A DNA stretch of 64,000 nt from Candidatus Daviesbacteria bacterium (GCA_016176405.1 JACOXG010000012.1:2217-66216); one strand, 5' to 3'. Positions 47,234-56,567 are shown, counted from the stretch's first letter. Program-made: numbers and translations. Notes: a model not told the origin generated them from the sequence alone.

Positions 47234-48226
47234 GTGAATACTAAAATATTAACTATTTTAGGTCCTACTGCAACAGGTAAAACTGACCTAGCCTTAATGG
47301 TGGCAAAAAAATTTAATGGAGAGATTATTTCTTGTGATTCCAGACAAGTTTATAAGGGCTTGGATATCGGCACGGGAAAAATGCCAAATGCCAAATTACA
47401 AATTACAAAAGGAGATAGCTTTTGGGAAATAAACAGCATAAAAGTTTGGATGTATGATATGGTGGATCCAAAAAAAATATATTCTGTGGCGGATTATGTT
47501 AAAGATGCAAATAGGGTAATTGGGGAAATTAAGGATAGAGGAAAGTTGCCAATTATAGTTGGAGGTACAGGACTTTATTTAAGAGCCTTACTGGAAGGAT
47601 TAGATAGTCTTTCAATACCAATTGATAAAAAATTAAGAACTGAGCTACAAAAACTTTCATTAGTTGAGCTTCAAGAAAAATTACAGGAGGTAGATGCTAA
47701 AAAATGGAAGAAAATGAATGACTCTGACAGACAGAACCCAAGAAGGTTGGTAAGAGCTATTGAATTGGCTTTGTCAAATCATGTGGGAGATCCTTCGGTC
47801 GCTACGCTCCCTCAGGATGACAAACTGCGTTTAGAGATTATACGCAGTTTGTCAAATGTGCTAAAGGTTGGTCTAACTGCGCCAAGAGATGTCCTTTATA
47901 AAAGAGTTGATGAGCATGTGGTTTTTAGAATTAACCAAGGCATGATTGATGAGGCAAAAAGACTTTATAAAAATAGTTTAAGTTTAAAAAGGATGAGACA
48001 GCTTGGTTTGGAATATGGAGTTTTGGCAGATTATTTAGAGGAAAAAATTAAAAGTAAAGAGGGCCTAATTAAAATCTTGCAGCATAAAATTCATGGCTAT
48101 GTCAGACGTCAACTGACTTGGTTTAAAAAAGAAAAAGAGGTAAATTGGTTTGATATTTCTGATCAAGATTATATTAAGAAAATAGAAAAATTAGTCAGCA
48201 TTTGGTATGATCAATCCATAGAATGA
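47234..48226 (+). CDS. miaA: tRNA dimethylallyltransferase, carrying an in-frame family-1 repeat insertion
   Basis: LTILGPTATGKTDLALMVAKKFNGEIISCDSRQVYKGLDIGTGK P-loop. Residues GDPSVATLPQDDKLRLEIIRSLSN are encoded by repeat copy 3. Confidence 0.88.
   Translation: MNTKILTILGPTATGKTDLALMVAKKFNGEIISCDSRQVYKGLDIGTGKMPNAKLQITKGDSFWEINSIKVWMYDMVDPKKIYSVADYVKDANRVIGEIKDRGKLPIIVGGTGLYLRALLEGLDSLSIPIDKKLRTELQKLSLVELQEKLQEVDAKKWKKMNDSDRQNPRRLVRAIELALSNHVGDPSVATLPQDDKLRLEIIRSLSNVLKVGLTAPRDVLYKRVDEHVVFRINQGMIDEAKRLYKNSLSLKRMRQLGLEYGVLADYLEEKIKSKEGLIKILQHKIHGYVRRQLTWFKKEKEVNWFDISDQDYIKKIEKLVSIWYDQSIE
47786..47854 (+). repeat. family-1 palindromic repeat element, copy 3, in-frame inside miaA
   Basis: ggagatccttcggtcgctacgctccctcaggatgaca + hairpin TGACAAACTGCGT-ttagagattata-ACGCAGTTTGTCA. 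The stem is fully compensated relative to copies 1 and 2. Confidence 0.8.
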
Positions 48227-49191
48227 TCAAAAAAATTGATATTTCTCACAGGACTATTATATTTGTAACAATCTTTTTAATTGGTCTTTGGTTACTTTAT
48301 TTAATCAGAGATCTAATCTTAATTCTATTCGTGGGACTGATTTTAATGTCTGCTTTAAATCCTTTAGTCAATTTATTTGCCAGAGTGAAAATTCCTAGAT
48401 CCTTAGGTATCGCCATTACTTACATTATTATAATAGGAATAATCTCCGGCATGTTAGCAATCATTTTGCCACCTTTGGTGGAACAAACTACTAGACTAGT
48501 GGTGGCTATGCCTCCTGTGATTGGACAAGTTTTTAATATTACTGGAATTGATAAGTCCATCTTTCAATCACAACTGGCTGATCTCTCCACCAACCTCTTT
48601 TCTATTACCTTATCAATCTTTGACAATATTTTAACACTGATTTTTCTTTTAGTTCTGACCTTTTATCTACTTTTAGAGCGTGATAATTTGGAAAATCGTG
48701 CAGCTATCTTATTGTTAGGAAGAGAGGCTAGAATGAAACAGCTAATTACCAAGATAGAAGAAAAATTGGGAGCTTGGCTAAGAGGACAGATGCTTTTAAG
48801 TTTAATTATTGGTTTAGTCACCTACATTGGACTGTTAGCTTTAAATATCCCCTATGCCTTATCATTGGCTGTGATTGCGGCGATTTTAGAAGTAATTCCA
48901 GTGATCGGACCAATCATTGCCGCCTTACCTGCCATTGTAGTAGCACTGACTATTTCTCCTATTTTGGGTTTGGGAGTCACTGCCATGTATTTTGTAATAC
49001 AACAGCTGGAAAATCATTTGATAGTGCCACAGGTGATGAAGCGGGCAGTTGGTTTAAATCCACTGGTGGTAATTTTGGCAATTGCCATCGGTTCACGTTT
49101 GTTAGGAATAGCAGGAGCACTACTGGCTGTGCCTATTGCGGTGGTTTTACAAATTGTGGTGACTGAGATAATTGAAGAAAGAAAAATTTAG
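48223..49191 (+). CDS. AI-2E family transporter (PerM/UPF0118)
   Basis: 8 TM. ...QQLENHLIVPQVMKRAVGLNPLVVILAIAIGSRLLGIAGALLAVP matches the family signature. Confidence 0.75.
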   Translation: MIKKIDISHRTIIFVTIFLIGLWLLYLIRDLILILFVGLILMSALNPLVNLFARVKIPRSLGIAITYIIIIGIISGMLAIILPPLVEQTTRLVVAMPPVIGQVFNITGIDKSIFQSQLADLSTNLFSITLSIFDNILTLIFLLVLTFYLLLERDNLENRAAILLLGREARMKQLITKIEEKLGAWLRGQMLLSLIIGLVTYIGLLALNIPYALSLAVIAAILEVIPVIGPIIAALPAIVVALTISPILGLGVTAMYFVIQQLENHLIVPQVMKRAVGLNPLVVILAIAIGSRLLGIAGALLAVPIAVVLQIVVTEIIEERKI

Positions 49192-49206
49192 ATGTATAAT
49201 GAGTGA

Positions 49207-49565
49207 GCCTAGGAAGAAGGATGATCACCCCGCACCAATCTGGTGCGGGGAGGAAAGTCCAGACAGCACAGGGCAGGGTGGTTCGGGTAACCGGACTCGG
49301 GTAACCGCAAGTAAAGAGTAACAGAGACGATCTGGGTGACGCCAGGTGAAACGACCAAGTGACTGGGTATTCGATAAGCAAAGGGCTATCAGTCCTGAGC
49401 GAAGTCGAAGGACAATCCTCCCCGCTGCAATCCTAGAAACAATCGAGCTGCTCGCTCAATGATTGAAGTCAGGAGCAGTCGCCTAAGGCGACTCAGGATG
49501 ACAAAAATCATACTGAAGATAAATGATCATCTAGAAACAGAATCTGGCTTACTTTTTTCCTAGGC
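49207..49565 (+). ncRNA. rnpB: RNase P RNA (bacterial type A-like)
   Basis: P1 GCCTAGGAAG...CTTTTTTCCTAGGC. P3 CCCCGCACC-aatc-GGTGCGGGG. P4 GGAAAGTCC. ACAGGGCAGGGTG. ...ACAGAATCTGGCTTAC 3' P4 strand. Contains a ~130-nt segment with family-1-like arms. Confidence 0.75.
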
Positions 49566-49590
49566 AATTTTTTTGCCGACGGAAAAAAGC

Positions 49591-49645
49591 AAAGTTCTGC
49601 GAGCGTGAAGTAAAATATTTAATACTGAAGCGCGAGCAGGTCTTT
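49591..49645 (-). repeat. family-2 hairpin repeat, copy C (minus orientation, downstream of rnpB)
   Basis: The reverse complement aaagacctgctcgcgcttcagtattaaatattttacttcacgctcgcagaactttgc aligns with copies A and B. Confidence 0.65.
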
Positions 49646-49700
49646 ACTATCTTCCTAGGCATTCGCATTAGGTTTAGCGCTGCCCCGTATATACTACTCA

Positions 49701-51230
49701 ATGTTAGCCAAGATTTTTTCTGGAGCCAATATTGGCTTAGACAGTATACCTATCACCGTGGAGGTAGATGTTTCAGCCACGGGTTTACCCTCTTTTATCA
49801 TTGTGGGTTTGGCTGATCGGGCAGTTGAGGAAAGTAAGGAGCGGGTTCGCTCTGCCATTAAAAATTGCGGGGCAGAATTTCCAGATCATAAAATTACCAT
49901 AAATTTAGCACCAGCAAATTTGCCCAAAGAAGGACCAATTTTTGATTTACCAATAGCCCTTGGATTACTTTTGGCATCAGGACAAATTCCCCAAAAACAA
50001 TATCTTGATTTGAATGATACTTTAGTGGTGGGAGAACTGGCTCTAGATGGTCAATTAAGAAGAACTAATGGTATCTTACCCCAGGCGTTACTTACCAAAA
50101 AATTAAATTTTAAAAATATGATTGTGCCCAAAGACAATGGAGGAGAAGCCAGTATTGTTGATGATATAAAAATTTTTGCTCCCGCCACTTTACAAGAAGT
50201 AATGGAAGTATTAATTGGTCAAAAAGAGTTGAAGAAAGTTAAAAAAACCACTATCAATTTAGAGGAAGAAATAGATTATGAATATGATTTTGCTCAGATT
50301 AAAGGACAAGAACAAGCCAAAAGAGCTTTAGAGATTGCTGCTGCAGGTGGACATAATGTTTTATTAAAAGGTCCACCTGGTGCAGGTAAAACTTTACTGG
50401 CTAGATCTTTCTCCTCAATTCTACCTCCCTTTAGTTTGCAGGAAGCTTTAGAAGTGACCAAGATTTATTCCATTGCTGGACTGTTACAAAATGGGCAGGC
50501 TTTAATTACCCAACGCCCATTTCGCTCACCTCATCATTCAGCCTCCCACATTGGGCTTTTGGGTGGAGGTAACTCGATTCGGCCCGGAGAGATTTCCTTA
50601 TCACACCGAGGGATCTTGTTTTTGGATGAATTGCCGGAATTCCCCAGGCAAGTTTTGGAAGCTTTGCGTCAACCCTTGGAAGATCATAAAATTACCATTT
50701 CCCGGGCTTCTGGCTCTTTAACTTTTCCGGCTCAATTCACACTTTTGGCTGCCCAAAATCCCTGTCCTTGTGGATTTCTAGGAGATAGAAGAAGGAATTG
50801 TTCTTGCATGCCAGGACAGATTGCCAAATATAAAAGAAGAATCTCTGGACCACTTTTGGATAGAATTGATATTTATTTGGAAGTTCCGGCAGTAGAGGTG
50901 GATAAATTGGCGCAAACCACAGCTGCCGAAAATTCAAAAAATATCAGAGATAGAGTTATTAAGGCTAGAAAGATTCAAATAGGTAGATTTAAGGGAAAAA
51001 TTTTATCCAATTCCGAAATGACTAATCAGGATATCAAGCAGTTTTGTGCCGTGACTGCCGATGGTTTAGAACTTTTAAAAATGGCCATCTCTTCTTTGAA
51101 TTTATCTGCCAGAGGTTATCACAGAGTTTTAAAGGTATCTAGAACTATTGCTGATTTGGCTCACTCTGAAAATATTTTAACAGAACATATTGCTGAGGCT
51201 TTGCAGTATAGATCTAGAGAGGAACTCTAG
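49701..51230 (+). CDS. comM: YifB/ComM family Mg-chelatase-like AAA+ ATPase
   Basis: N-terminal Lon-like domain. LLKGPPGAGKT Walker A. ILFLDELPEF Walker B. C-terminal ComM helical domain. Confidence 0.85.
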   Translation: MLAKIFSGANIGLDSIPITVEVDVSATGLPSFIIVGLADRAVEESKERVRSAIKNCGAEFPDHKITINLAPANLPKEGPIFDLPIALGLLLASGQIPQKQYLDLNDTLVVGELALDGQLRRTNGILPQALLTKKLNFKNMIVPKDNGGEASIVDDIKIFAPATLQEVMEVLIGQKELKKVKKTTINLEEEIDYEYDFAQIKGQEQAKRALEIAAAGGHNVLLKGPPGAGKTLLARSFSSILPPFSLQEALEVTKIYSIAGLLQNGQALITQRPFRSPHHSASHIGLLGGGNSIRPGEISLSHRGILFLDELPEFPRQVLEALRQPLEDHKITISRASGSLTFPAQFTLLAAQNPCPCGFLGDRRRNCSCMPGQIAKYKRRISGPLLDRIDIYLEVPAVEVDKLAQTTAAENSKNIRDRVIKARKIQIGRFKGKILSNSEMTNQDIKQFCAVTADGLELLKMAISSLNLSARGYHRVLKVSRTIADLAHSENILTEHIAEALQYRSREEL

Positions 51231-51381
51231 CTCTCTTTTTTGAAAAAAAGAACGTTAAAGAGAGGAACTCTAATTCCAGGGTGAACTCAAATATTATATT
51301 CCACGAAAATCCCGCACCGCATGGTGCGGGACTATCGAGAATGGTGAAACGATCACCATAAAATTTTCTATTAAGCAGATT

Positions 51382-51519
51382 TTAGCCGCCAATCTTAAAC
51401 ATTTTGGTGCCGCAAACTGGGCAAGTTCCTTTTGAAGCTTTTTTACCATTTTTCATGGTGACTTCTTCAACGTTTTCAGCATCTCTCTTGGTACGGCATT
51501 TGACACAATACATTTGCAT
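51382..51519 (-). CDS. small zinc-ribbon protein (45 aa, CxxC...CxxC)
   Basis: Manual translation gives MQMYCVKCRTKRDAENVEEVTMKNGKKASKGTCPVCGTKMFKIGG. A GGGAGGTG SD lies 7 nt upstream. A hairpin terminator CCCGCACC-atgc-GGTGCGGG lies downstream on the minus strand. Confidence 0.5.
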   Translation of the reverse strand: MQMYCVKCRTKRDAENVEEVTMKNGKKASKGTCPVCGTKMFKIGG

Positions 51520-51538
51520 TTTATAGATTCACCTCCCT

Positions 51539-51868
51539 TCAGAATATATTTATTTTTAAAAGATTGTTTTGCATGAGAAAAAATAAGATGATTTGAGCTC
51601 CGAAGGCCAATGCGGCCAGCATGGTAATTTTGGTCAGGTCTTGACGAAGATAGGTGATATCGGTTCGGAAAGACTGAGAGTTTGATGTGGGATGTAAGAC
51701 GTGAGACGTGAGATTTTGAGATGAGAAGTTAGATTTTTCACTTCCCATTTCTTTTTCCATCTTCTCATTTCTCACTTCCCATTTCTTTCCTGTTCCGTAA
51801 ACTTGCAGTCTAAGTAGCCTTAAGCGTTTTTCCAGATCCGATTGTTTTTTGGTTTGTTGGATAGCCAT
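51539..51868 (-). CDS. hypothetical protein with a C-terminal hydrophobic tail (low-complexity middle encoded by short direct repeats)
   Basis: 109-aa ORF, weak SD. The region contains a 2x tcacttcccatttcttt direct repeat and a gacgtgagacgtgag tandem. May be spurious. Confidence 0.25.
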   Translation of the reverse strand: MAIQQTKKQSDLEKRLRLLRLQVYGTGKKWEVRNEKMEKEMGSEKSNFSSQNLTSHVLHPTSNSQSFRTDITYLRQDLTKITMLAALAFGAQIILFFLMQNNLLKINIF

Positions 51869-51976
51869 ACGAGCTCAACAAGCGTAAAACTCTACGCTCA
51901 ATTGAGCCTAACACGCACGAGCACGCTTGTCAAGCACCAATTGAACCTAAAACTATGGGGTGGAAATTAATTGTGG

Positions 51977-52006
51977 TTGACAAAGTTTGTGCGTATCAAT
52001 TATGAT
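51977..52006 (+). promoter_or_regulatory. sigma70-like promoter (TTGACA-18-TATGAT) for the DUF4446 gene
   Basis: Perfect -35 hexamer at 51977-51982 and TATGAT at 52001-52006, 14 nt before the ATG at 52020. Confidence 0.5.
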
Positions 52007-52019
52007 AAAAGAGTAACTT

Positions 52020-52487
52020 ATGTATTCGGATTGGTCCGTCTTGACCTTAGGATTGGCAGCGACGGTTTTTATTTGGCTGGGAATTTTAACAATCATTATT
52101 TGGAAGCAGGGAAATTTTATAAAATCTCTTTTTCCAAAATCTGGGGAGAGGGATATCAGAAAAAAATTTGAAGAGGTTATTGAAACTGTTGATAAGTTTA
52201 ATTTAAGTTTAGATAAGTTACACTCTAAACTTAATCATTTGGAGGGGGCTTCTTTGGGCCACATCCAAAGAATAGGACTTATTCGTTTCAATCCTTATGA
52301 AGATACCGGGGGAAATATTAGCTTTTCAATAGCATTATTAGATCAAAAAGGAAACGGGCTGGTTTTGACTAGTCTACATGGTAGAGCTGGCACTAGAGTT
52401 TTTGCCAAAGGGGTAGTTGAGGGGAAGGCACAAAAATATGAGCTGTCTAAAGAGGAGATAGAGGTGGTTAAGAAAGCAATGGAGTAG
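52020..52487 (+). CDS. DUF4446-family membrane protein
   Basis: N-terminal TM then GLIRFNPYEDTGGNISFSIALLDQKGNGLVLTSLHGR...RVFAKGV, typical of DUF4446 proteins. Confidence 0.5.
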   Translation: MYSDWSVLTLGLAATVFIWLGILTIIIWKQGNFIKSLFPKSGERDIRKKFEEVIETVDKFNLSLDKLHSKLNHLEGASLGHIQRIGLIRFNPYEDTGGNISFSIALLDQKGNGLVLTSLHGRAGTRVFAKGVVEGKAQKYELSKEEIEVVKKAME

Positions 52488-52503
52488 AGAAGTTTCAAAA
52501 ATT

Positions 52504-53700
52504 ATGACAAATACATTAAATAATATTTCACAAACATATTCAAACTTAACCAATTTACAGAGAATTTTGGTTTTAATTATTGTGGCTGTGGTAACTTACA
52601 GTTTATCCACCTCTGCCTCCTTCTCATTATTTTCCCGCTCAATCGGTGGTCCGACTTCTTTAGGAGAAGATGGTGCCCCAGCTCTACCTGGTCCCTCAAC
52701 TGCTTTTGAAGAAGACCCCAATGAGCCCAGAACTGAAGAGTGTCCTTTGGATGGAGATAAACATACCAAAAAAGCTAAAGAATTTTGGGAAAAAAGACGA
52801 CCGCTGGCTATAATGATTGAAAATCATCAGGAAGCCAGGCCCCAGTCAGGTTTATCCTATGCGGATATTATTTATGAGGCAGTGGCTGAGGGAGGAATTA
52901 CCCGTTTTATGGCCATTTATTATTGTAATATGTCGGATGCTCAGGTGGGGCCGGTTAGATCTGCCAGGACCTATTATTTAGATTGGTTATCTGAATATGA
53001 TGCCCTCTATGCTCATGTTGGTGGAGCCAATACTCCAGGACCTGCAGATGCACTCAGTCAAATTATCAAATATGGCATTAAAGATTTAAATCAATTCTCA
53101 ATCGGTTATCCGGTCTTTTGGAGAGACTATCAAAGATTAGGTCATCCGGTAGCCACAGAACACACCATGTATTCCACCACCCAAAAGCTTTGGGCAATCG
53201 GTGAAAAAAGAGGTTGGACAGCCAAAGATGAGGATGGCATTGCTTGGGATAAGAATTTTATTCCCTGGAAGTTTAAAGACCCAAAGCCAAGCGGTCAAAC
53301 AACCAATATCAAGGTCAGTTTTTGGAGTAATCAACCCAACTATGATGTGGCATGGGCTTATGATTCATCAACTAATTCATATAAAAGAAAAAATGATGGA
53401 GAGGATCAGAAAGATTTAAACAATAATATTCAACTGGCTCCTAAAGTGGTGATTGTACAATTTCAGAGAGAATCAAATGCCAATGATGGATATCCTGGTA
53501 ATGTCCATCTACTTTATGGAACAACTGGTTCTGGCAAAGCTTTAGTCTTCCAAGATGGCCAGGTGGTTGAAGGAAGATGGATCAAATCCTCAAGAGTGGC
53601 CAGGACAAAATTTGTTGACCAAAACAGTAAAGAAATAGAACTGAACAGAGGTCAAATTTGGATCCAGACTGTCCCGGAGGGGTCCAAGGTTGAATATTAA
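52504..53700 (+). CDS. DUF3048 (YerB-like) secreted/lipoprotein-type protein
   Basis: Signal/TM. ...RPLAIMIENHQEARPQSGLSYADIIYEAVAEGGITRFMAIYY... matches DUF3048 N- and C-domains. Confidence 0.5.
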   Translation: MTNTLNNISQTYSNLTNLQRILVLIIVAVVTYSLSTSASFSLFSRSIGGPTSLGEDGAPALPGPSTAFEEDPNEPRTEECPLDGDKHTKKAKEFWEKRRPLAIMIENHQEARPQSGLSYADIIYEAVAEGGITRFMAIYYCNMSDAQVGPVRSARTYYLDWLSEYDALYAHVGGANTPGPADALSQIIKYGIKDLNQFSIGYPVFWRDYQRLGHPVATEHTMYSTTQKLWAIGEKRGWTAKDEDGIAWDKNFIPWKFKDPKPSGQTTNIKVSFWSNQPNYDVAWAYDSSTNSYKRKNDGEDQKDLNNNIQLAPKVVIVQFQRESNANDGYPGNVHLLYGTTGSGKALVFQDGQVVEGRWIKSSRVARTKFVDQNSKEIELNRGQIWIQTVPEGSKVEY

Positions 53701-53747
53701 ATCTTCTGCCTGAAAGGTGGTGAACAGACAAAGGTCTGTCCAAAAAA

Positions 53748-54335
53748 ATGTTAGAAGAACTTTTTGTATCACGTGTCCGGGTTAAAATACTGCAACTTTT
53801 TTTAACTTCGGAAGATTCACTTTTTCATGTCCGTGAGATAGTCAGGCGAGTTGATGAGGAAATTAATGCTGTCAGACGTGAGCTGGCTCGGATGGAAAAA
53901 TATGACATGGTTTCCTCGGAATGGCGGGCCAACAGAAGACTTTATAGATTTAGAAAGGATTATATTTTTTACCGGGAACTTCTAGGGTTGGTGGCTAAAA
54001 CCTCTGGATTGGGAGGTAATATTATCAAAAATCGCGCTAAGCTTGGTAGAATAAAATTTGCTTTTATATCAACGAGATTTCTAAAAGGAGGGCAAGCAAC
54101 AGCCTCTGATGTTGATTTGCTTTTAGTTGGCAGTTTAATATTGCCAGAACTGCAATCCGTCATTGCAGATGAACAAGCCAAAAGGGAAACAGAAATAAAT
54201 TATTCATATATGGATGAGGCGGAATTTAAATTTAGAGTGAAAAGGCGCGATCCGTTTATTTTAAGAGTTTTAATTCAACCGAAAGTGATGCTTTTGGGAG
54301 ATGAGGATGAGCTGTTGGAGGGAGTAATTGCTTAA
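53748..54335 (+). CDS. winged-helix DNA-binding domain fused to a minimal nucleotidyltransferase (Pol-beta-like) domain
   Basis: N-terminal wHTH (RVKILQLFL...LFHVREIVRRV). C-terminal GRIKFAFISTRFLKGGQATASDVDLLLVGS (GS...SDxDLL NTase motif). Confidence 0.45.
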   Translation: MLEELFVSRVRVKILQLFLTSEDSLFHVREIVRRVDEEINAVRRELARMEKYDMVSSEWRANRRLYRFRKDYIFYRELLGLVAKTSGLGGNIIKNRAKLGRIKFAFISTRFLKGGQATASDVDLLLVGSLILPELQSVIADEQAKRETEINYSYMDEAEFKFRVKRRDPFILRVLIQPKVMLLGDEDELLEGVIA

Positions 54336-55633
54336 TGCGTTCCAGGTATGTTTTATGGATTATTGTCATCCTCACTCTTTTGGCGATACTGATCGACTCT
54401 CCCAAACTCCCTGCCCTAAATTTATTGGGCAAAACATATCAGCTGGAATTTCCTCTTAAATTAGGTTTAGATCTGCAAGGTGGCACTCAACTAATCCTGT
54501 CAACTGAGATGGATCGGATTGATTCTGAAAATAGAGATACGGCCTTGGAATCAGCTAGAGAGGTGATTGAAAGAAGAGTCAATTTATTTGGAGTATCTGA
54601 GGCGCAGGTGATATCTTCCAAAATTGGGGAACAAAGAAGGATTGTGGTGGAACTGCCAGGACTTCAGGATGCATCAGCTGCTGCCGAGCTGGTGGGTAAG
54701 ACCGCCCAACTTGATTTTAGGGAAATGGTGGGAACTCCTTCGGCTGAGGCCACCCAATCAGCCCAGGCTCTTTTTGATACATTTAAACCAACAGGGTTGA
54801 CTGGGGCAGATTTGAATAAAGCCCAAGTCACTTTCGGTGCAGTACAAGGTGGCAGAAGTGGTCCTCAGGTGGCCATAGAATTTACTGCTGAAGGAGCTGA
54901 AAAGTTTGCAGAAATAACTAAAAGAAATGTTGGTAAACCTTTGGCCATGTTTTTGGATGACGTACCAATCAGTTGGCCACCTCCCACAGTAGAACAAGAG
55001 ATCGTTGGAGGCAGTGCAGTGATTACTGGACAATTTAGTGCAGAGGAGGCCAAGAATTTGGCTGTGCAACTTAATGCGGGAGCCTTACCAGTACCTATCA
55101 AAATCTTAGAACAGCGTCATATTGGACCAACTTTAGGTCAGGAGTCTGTCAACAAATCTCTGATAGCAGGAGGTATTGGGTTGCTGGTGGTGGTAATTTT
55201 TATGGTTTCATATTATGGTTTATTGGGACTGACAGCATCTGCAGCTTTAGTTATTTATACACTTTTGGTCTTGGCCATTTTTAAAACCGGTCTTTTTATT
55301 TTGCCACCTATTACCTTAACTTTGGCAGGAATTGCCGGATTTATTTTATCAATTGGTATGGCAGTTGATGCTAATATCTTAATTTTTGAAAGAATGAAAG
55401 AAGAAATCAGATGGGGTAAAGGTAAGATGGTGGCTTTGGAGTTAGGATTTAAAAGAGCCTGGACTTCTATTTGGGCTTCAAATGTTTCATCACTTATTAC
55501 AGCAATCATTTTATATACGCTTGGAACATCAATAGTACGTGGTTTTGCCGTTACTTTGGCAATTGGGGTGTTAGTATCAATGTTTACAGCTTATGTGGTG
55601 ACCAGAACATTTTTGCGATTGATTATTCGTTGA
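54335..55633 (+). CDS. secD: protein translocase subunit SecD
   Basis: LGLDLQGGTQLIL...periplasmic P1 head...six C-terminal TM helices with MAVDANILIFERMKEE. Confidence 0.88.
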   Translation: MRSRYVLWIIVILTLLAILIDSPKLPALNLLGKTYQLEFPLKLGLDLQGGTQLILSTEMDRIDSENRDTALESAREVIERRVNLFGVSEAQVISSKIGEQRRIVVELPGLQDASAAAELVGKTAQLDFREMVGTPSAEATQSAQALFDTFKPTGLTGADLNKAQVTFGAVQGGRSGPQVAIEFTAEGAEKFAEITKRNVGKPLAMFLDDVPISWPPPTVEQEIVGGSAVITGQFSAEEAKNLAVQLNAGALPVPIKILEQRHIGPTLGQESVNKSLIAGGIGLLVVVIFMVSYYGLLGLTASAALVIYTLLVLAIFKTGLFILPPITLTLAGIAGFILSIGMAVDANILIFERMKEEIRWGKGKMVALELGFKRAWTSIWASNVSSLITAIILYTLGTSIVRGFAVTLAIGVLVSMFTAYVVTRTFLRLIIR

Positions 55634-55648
55634 AAGAGGAGTTAAAAG

Positions 55649-56548
55649 ATGAAATTTAAATCCAGAAAGCCACATTATGAACATTTAAGAAAAAAATGGA
55701 TTGCCCGCCATAGAGCAATTCAAAATCAGCTTTGGACCAAACATAAGTCATCTTTGGAGTGGTTAGGTAAAAATATTTCGCCTAAACAGCTGGCCTTGGG
55801 ATCTCTGGGAGGGCTCTTACTGCTATCAGCTCCTGCTCAACCAACTTTACCACAACCAACATTGGCACAAAACAGGGATGATATTTTGGCAGGCTTTGAT
55901 CAAAATATTATTTTGGCTGAGCAACTGCAAAAAATACTGCCCAAGGAAGTGAGATCATTAGGTCCAACCGAGGAAAGTGAGATTACCAATATACTCTCTC
56001 AAAATTTTGGTTTTAAGGTGACGGCCCAAATTGAAGGAATTAGGCTGAATAGAAACTATGGCTTAATCGGAGGGGAGCAACATTTATATCGTTATCCGGG
56101 CGATCATTTATATGCCCATGCTGACAATACTGCTGAATGGGCCAAGTATGGTTCTTCTGGGATTGCTCCGGGCTTAGGAGCATGGGGATATTTTGCTCCC
56201 TCAAAAGCAGACTTTAGTGAGAAAGATAAGATTAGAGAAAAATATTATCTGGCCATCCAAACTTTTTTAGCTCCAGGATTTGCTGAAAATGTAGGAAAAT
56301 ACAGAGATTTTTTTAAGTATAGAAAGATGTTGGTGGTTAATCCAAAAACTGGTCAGGCTGTGGTGGCAGTAATTGGTGATGCAGGGCCTGCTTGGTGGAC
56401 AGGTAAACATTTGGGAGGCTCACCCGAGGTCATGGATATACTTGGACTGGCCACTGGTCCCAGAAAGGGAGAGGTATTATATTTTTTTATTGATGATCCA
56501 AATGATCCAATTCCTTTGGGTCCAGTGACCGTACAATCTAAAGCATAA
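55649..56548 (+). CDS. membrane-anchored RlpA-like double-psi beta-barrel (DPBB) domain protein
   Basis: TM anchor. C-terminal LVVNPKTGQAVVAVIGDAGPAWWTGKHLGGSPEVMDILGL resembles the RlpA/3D DPBB signature. Confidence 0.45.
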   Translation: MKFKSRKPHYEHLRKKWIARHRAIQNQLWTKHKSSLEWLGKNISPKQLALGSLGGLLLLSAPAQPTLPQPTLAQNRDDILAGFDQNIILAEQLQKILPKEVRSLGPTEESEITNILSQNFGFKVTAQIEGIRLNRNYGLIGGEQHLYRYPGDHLYAHADNTAEWAKYGSSGIAPGLGAWGYFAPSKADFSEKDKIREKYYLAIQTFLAPGFAENVGKYRDFFKYRKMLVVNPKTGQAVVAVIGDAGPAWWTGKHLGGSPEVMDILGLATGPRKGEVLYFFIDDPNDPIPLGPVTVQSKA

Positions 56549-56567
56549 GGACTATGAGGAACAAATT

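Noticed and set aside
48774-49166. 130-aa Cys-rich ORF in an alternative frame of the AI-2E transporter gene
   Set aside because: It is entirely nested in a well-supported membrane-protein ORF. The composition (C/S/G-rich) is typical of off-frame translation of hydrophobic coding sequence.
49133-49381. Minus-strand 82-aa ORF overlapping rnpB
   Set aside because: The region is explained by RNase P RNA, with conserved P4/P3 motifs on the plus strand.
54758-55101. Two minus-strand ORFs inside secD
   Set aside because: They are nested antisense to a conserved SecD reading frame, with no independent support.
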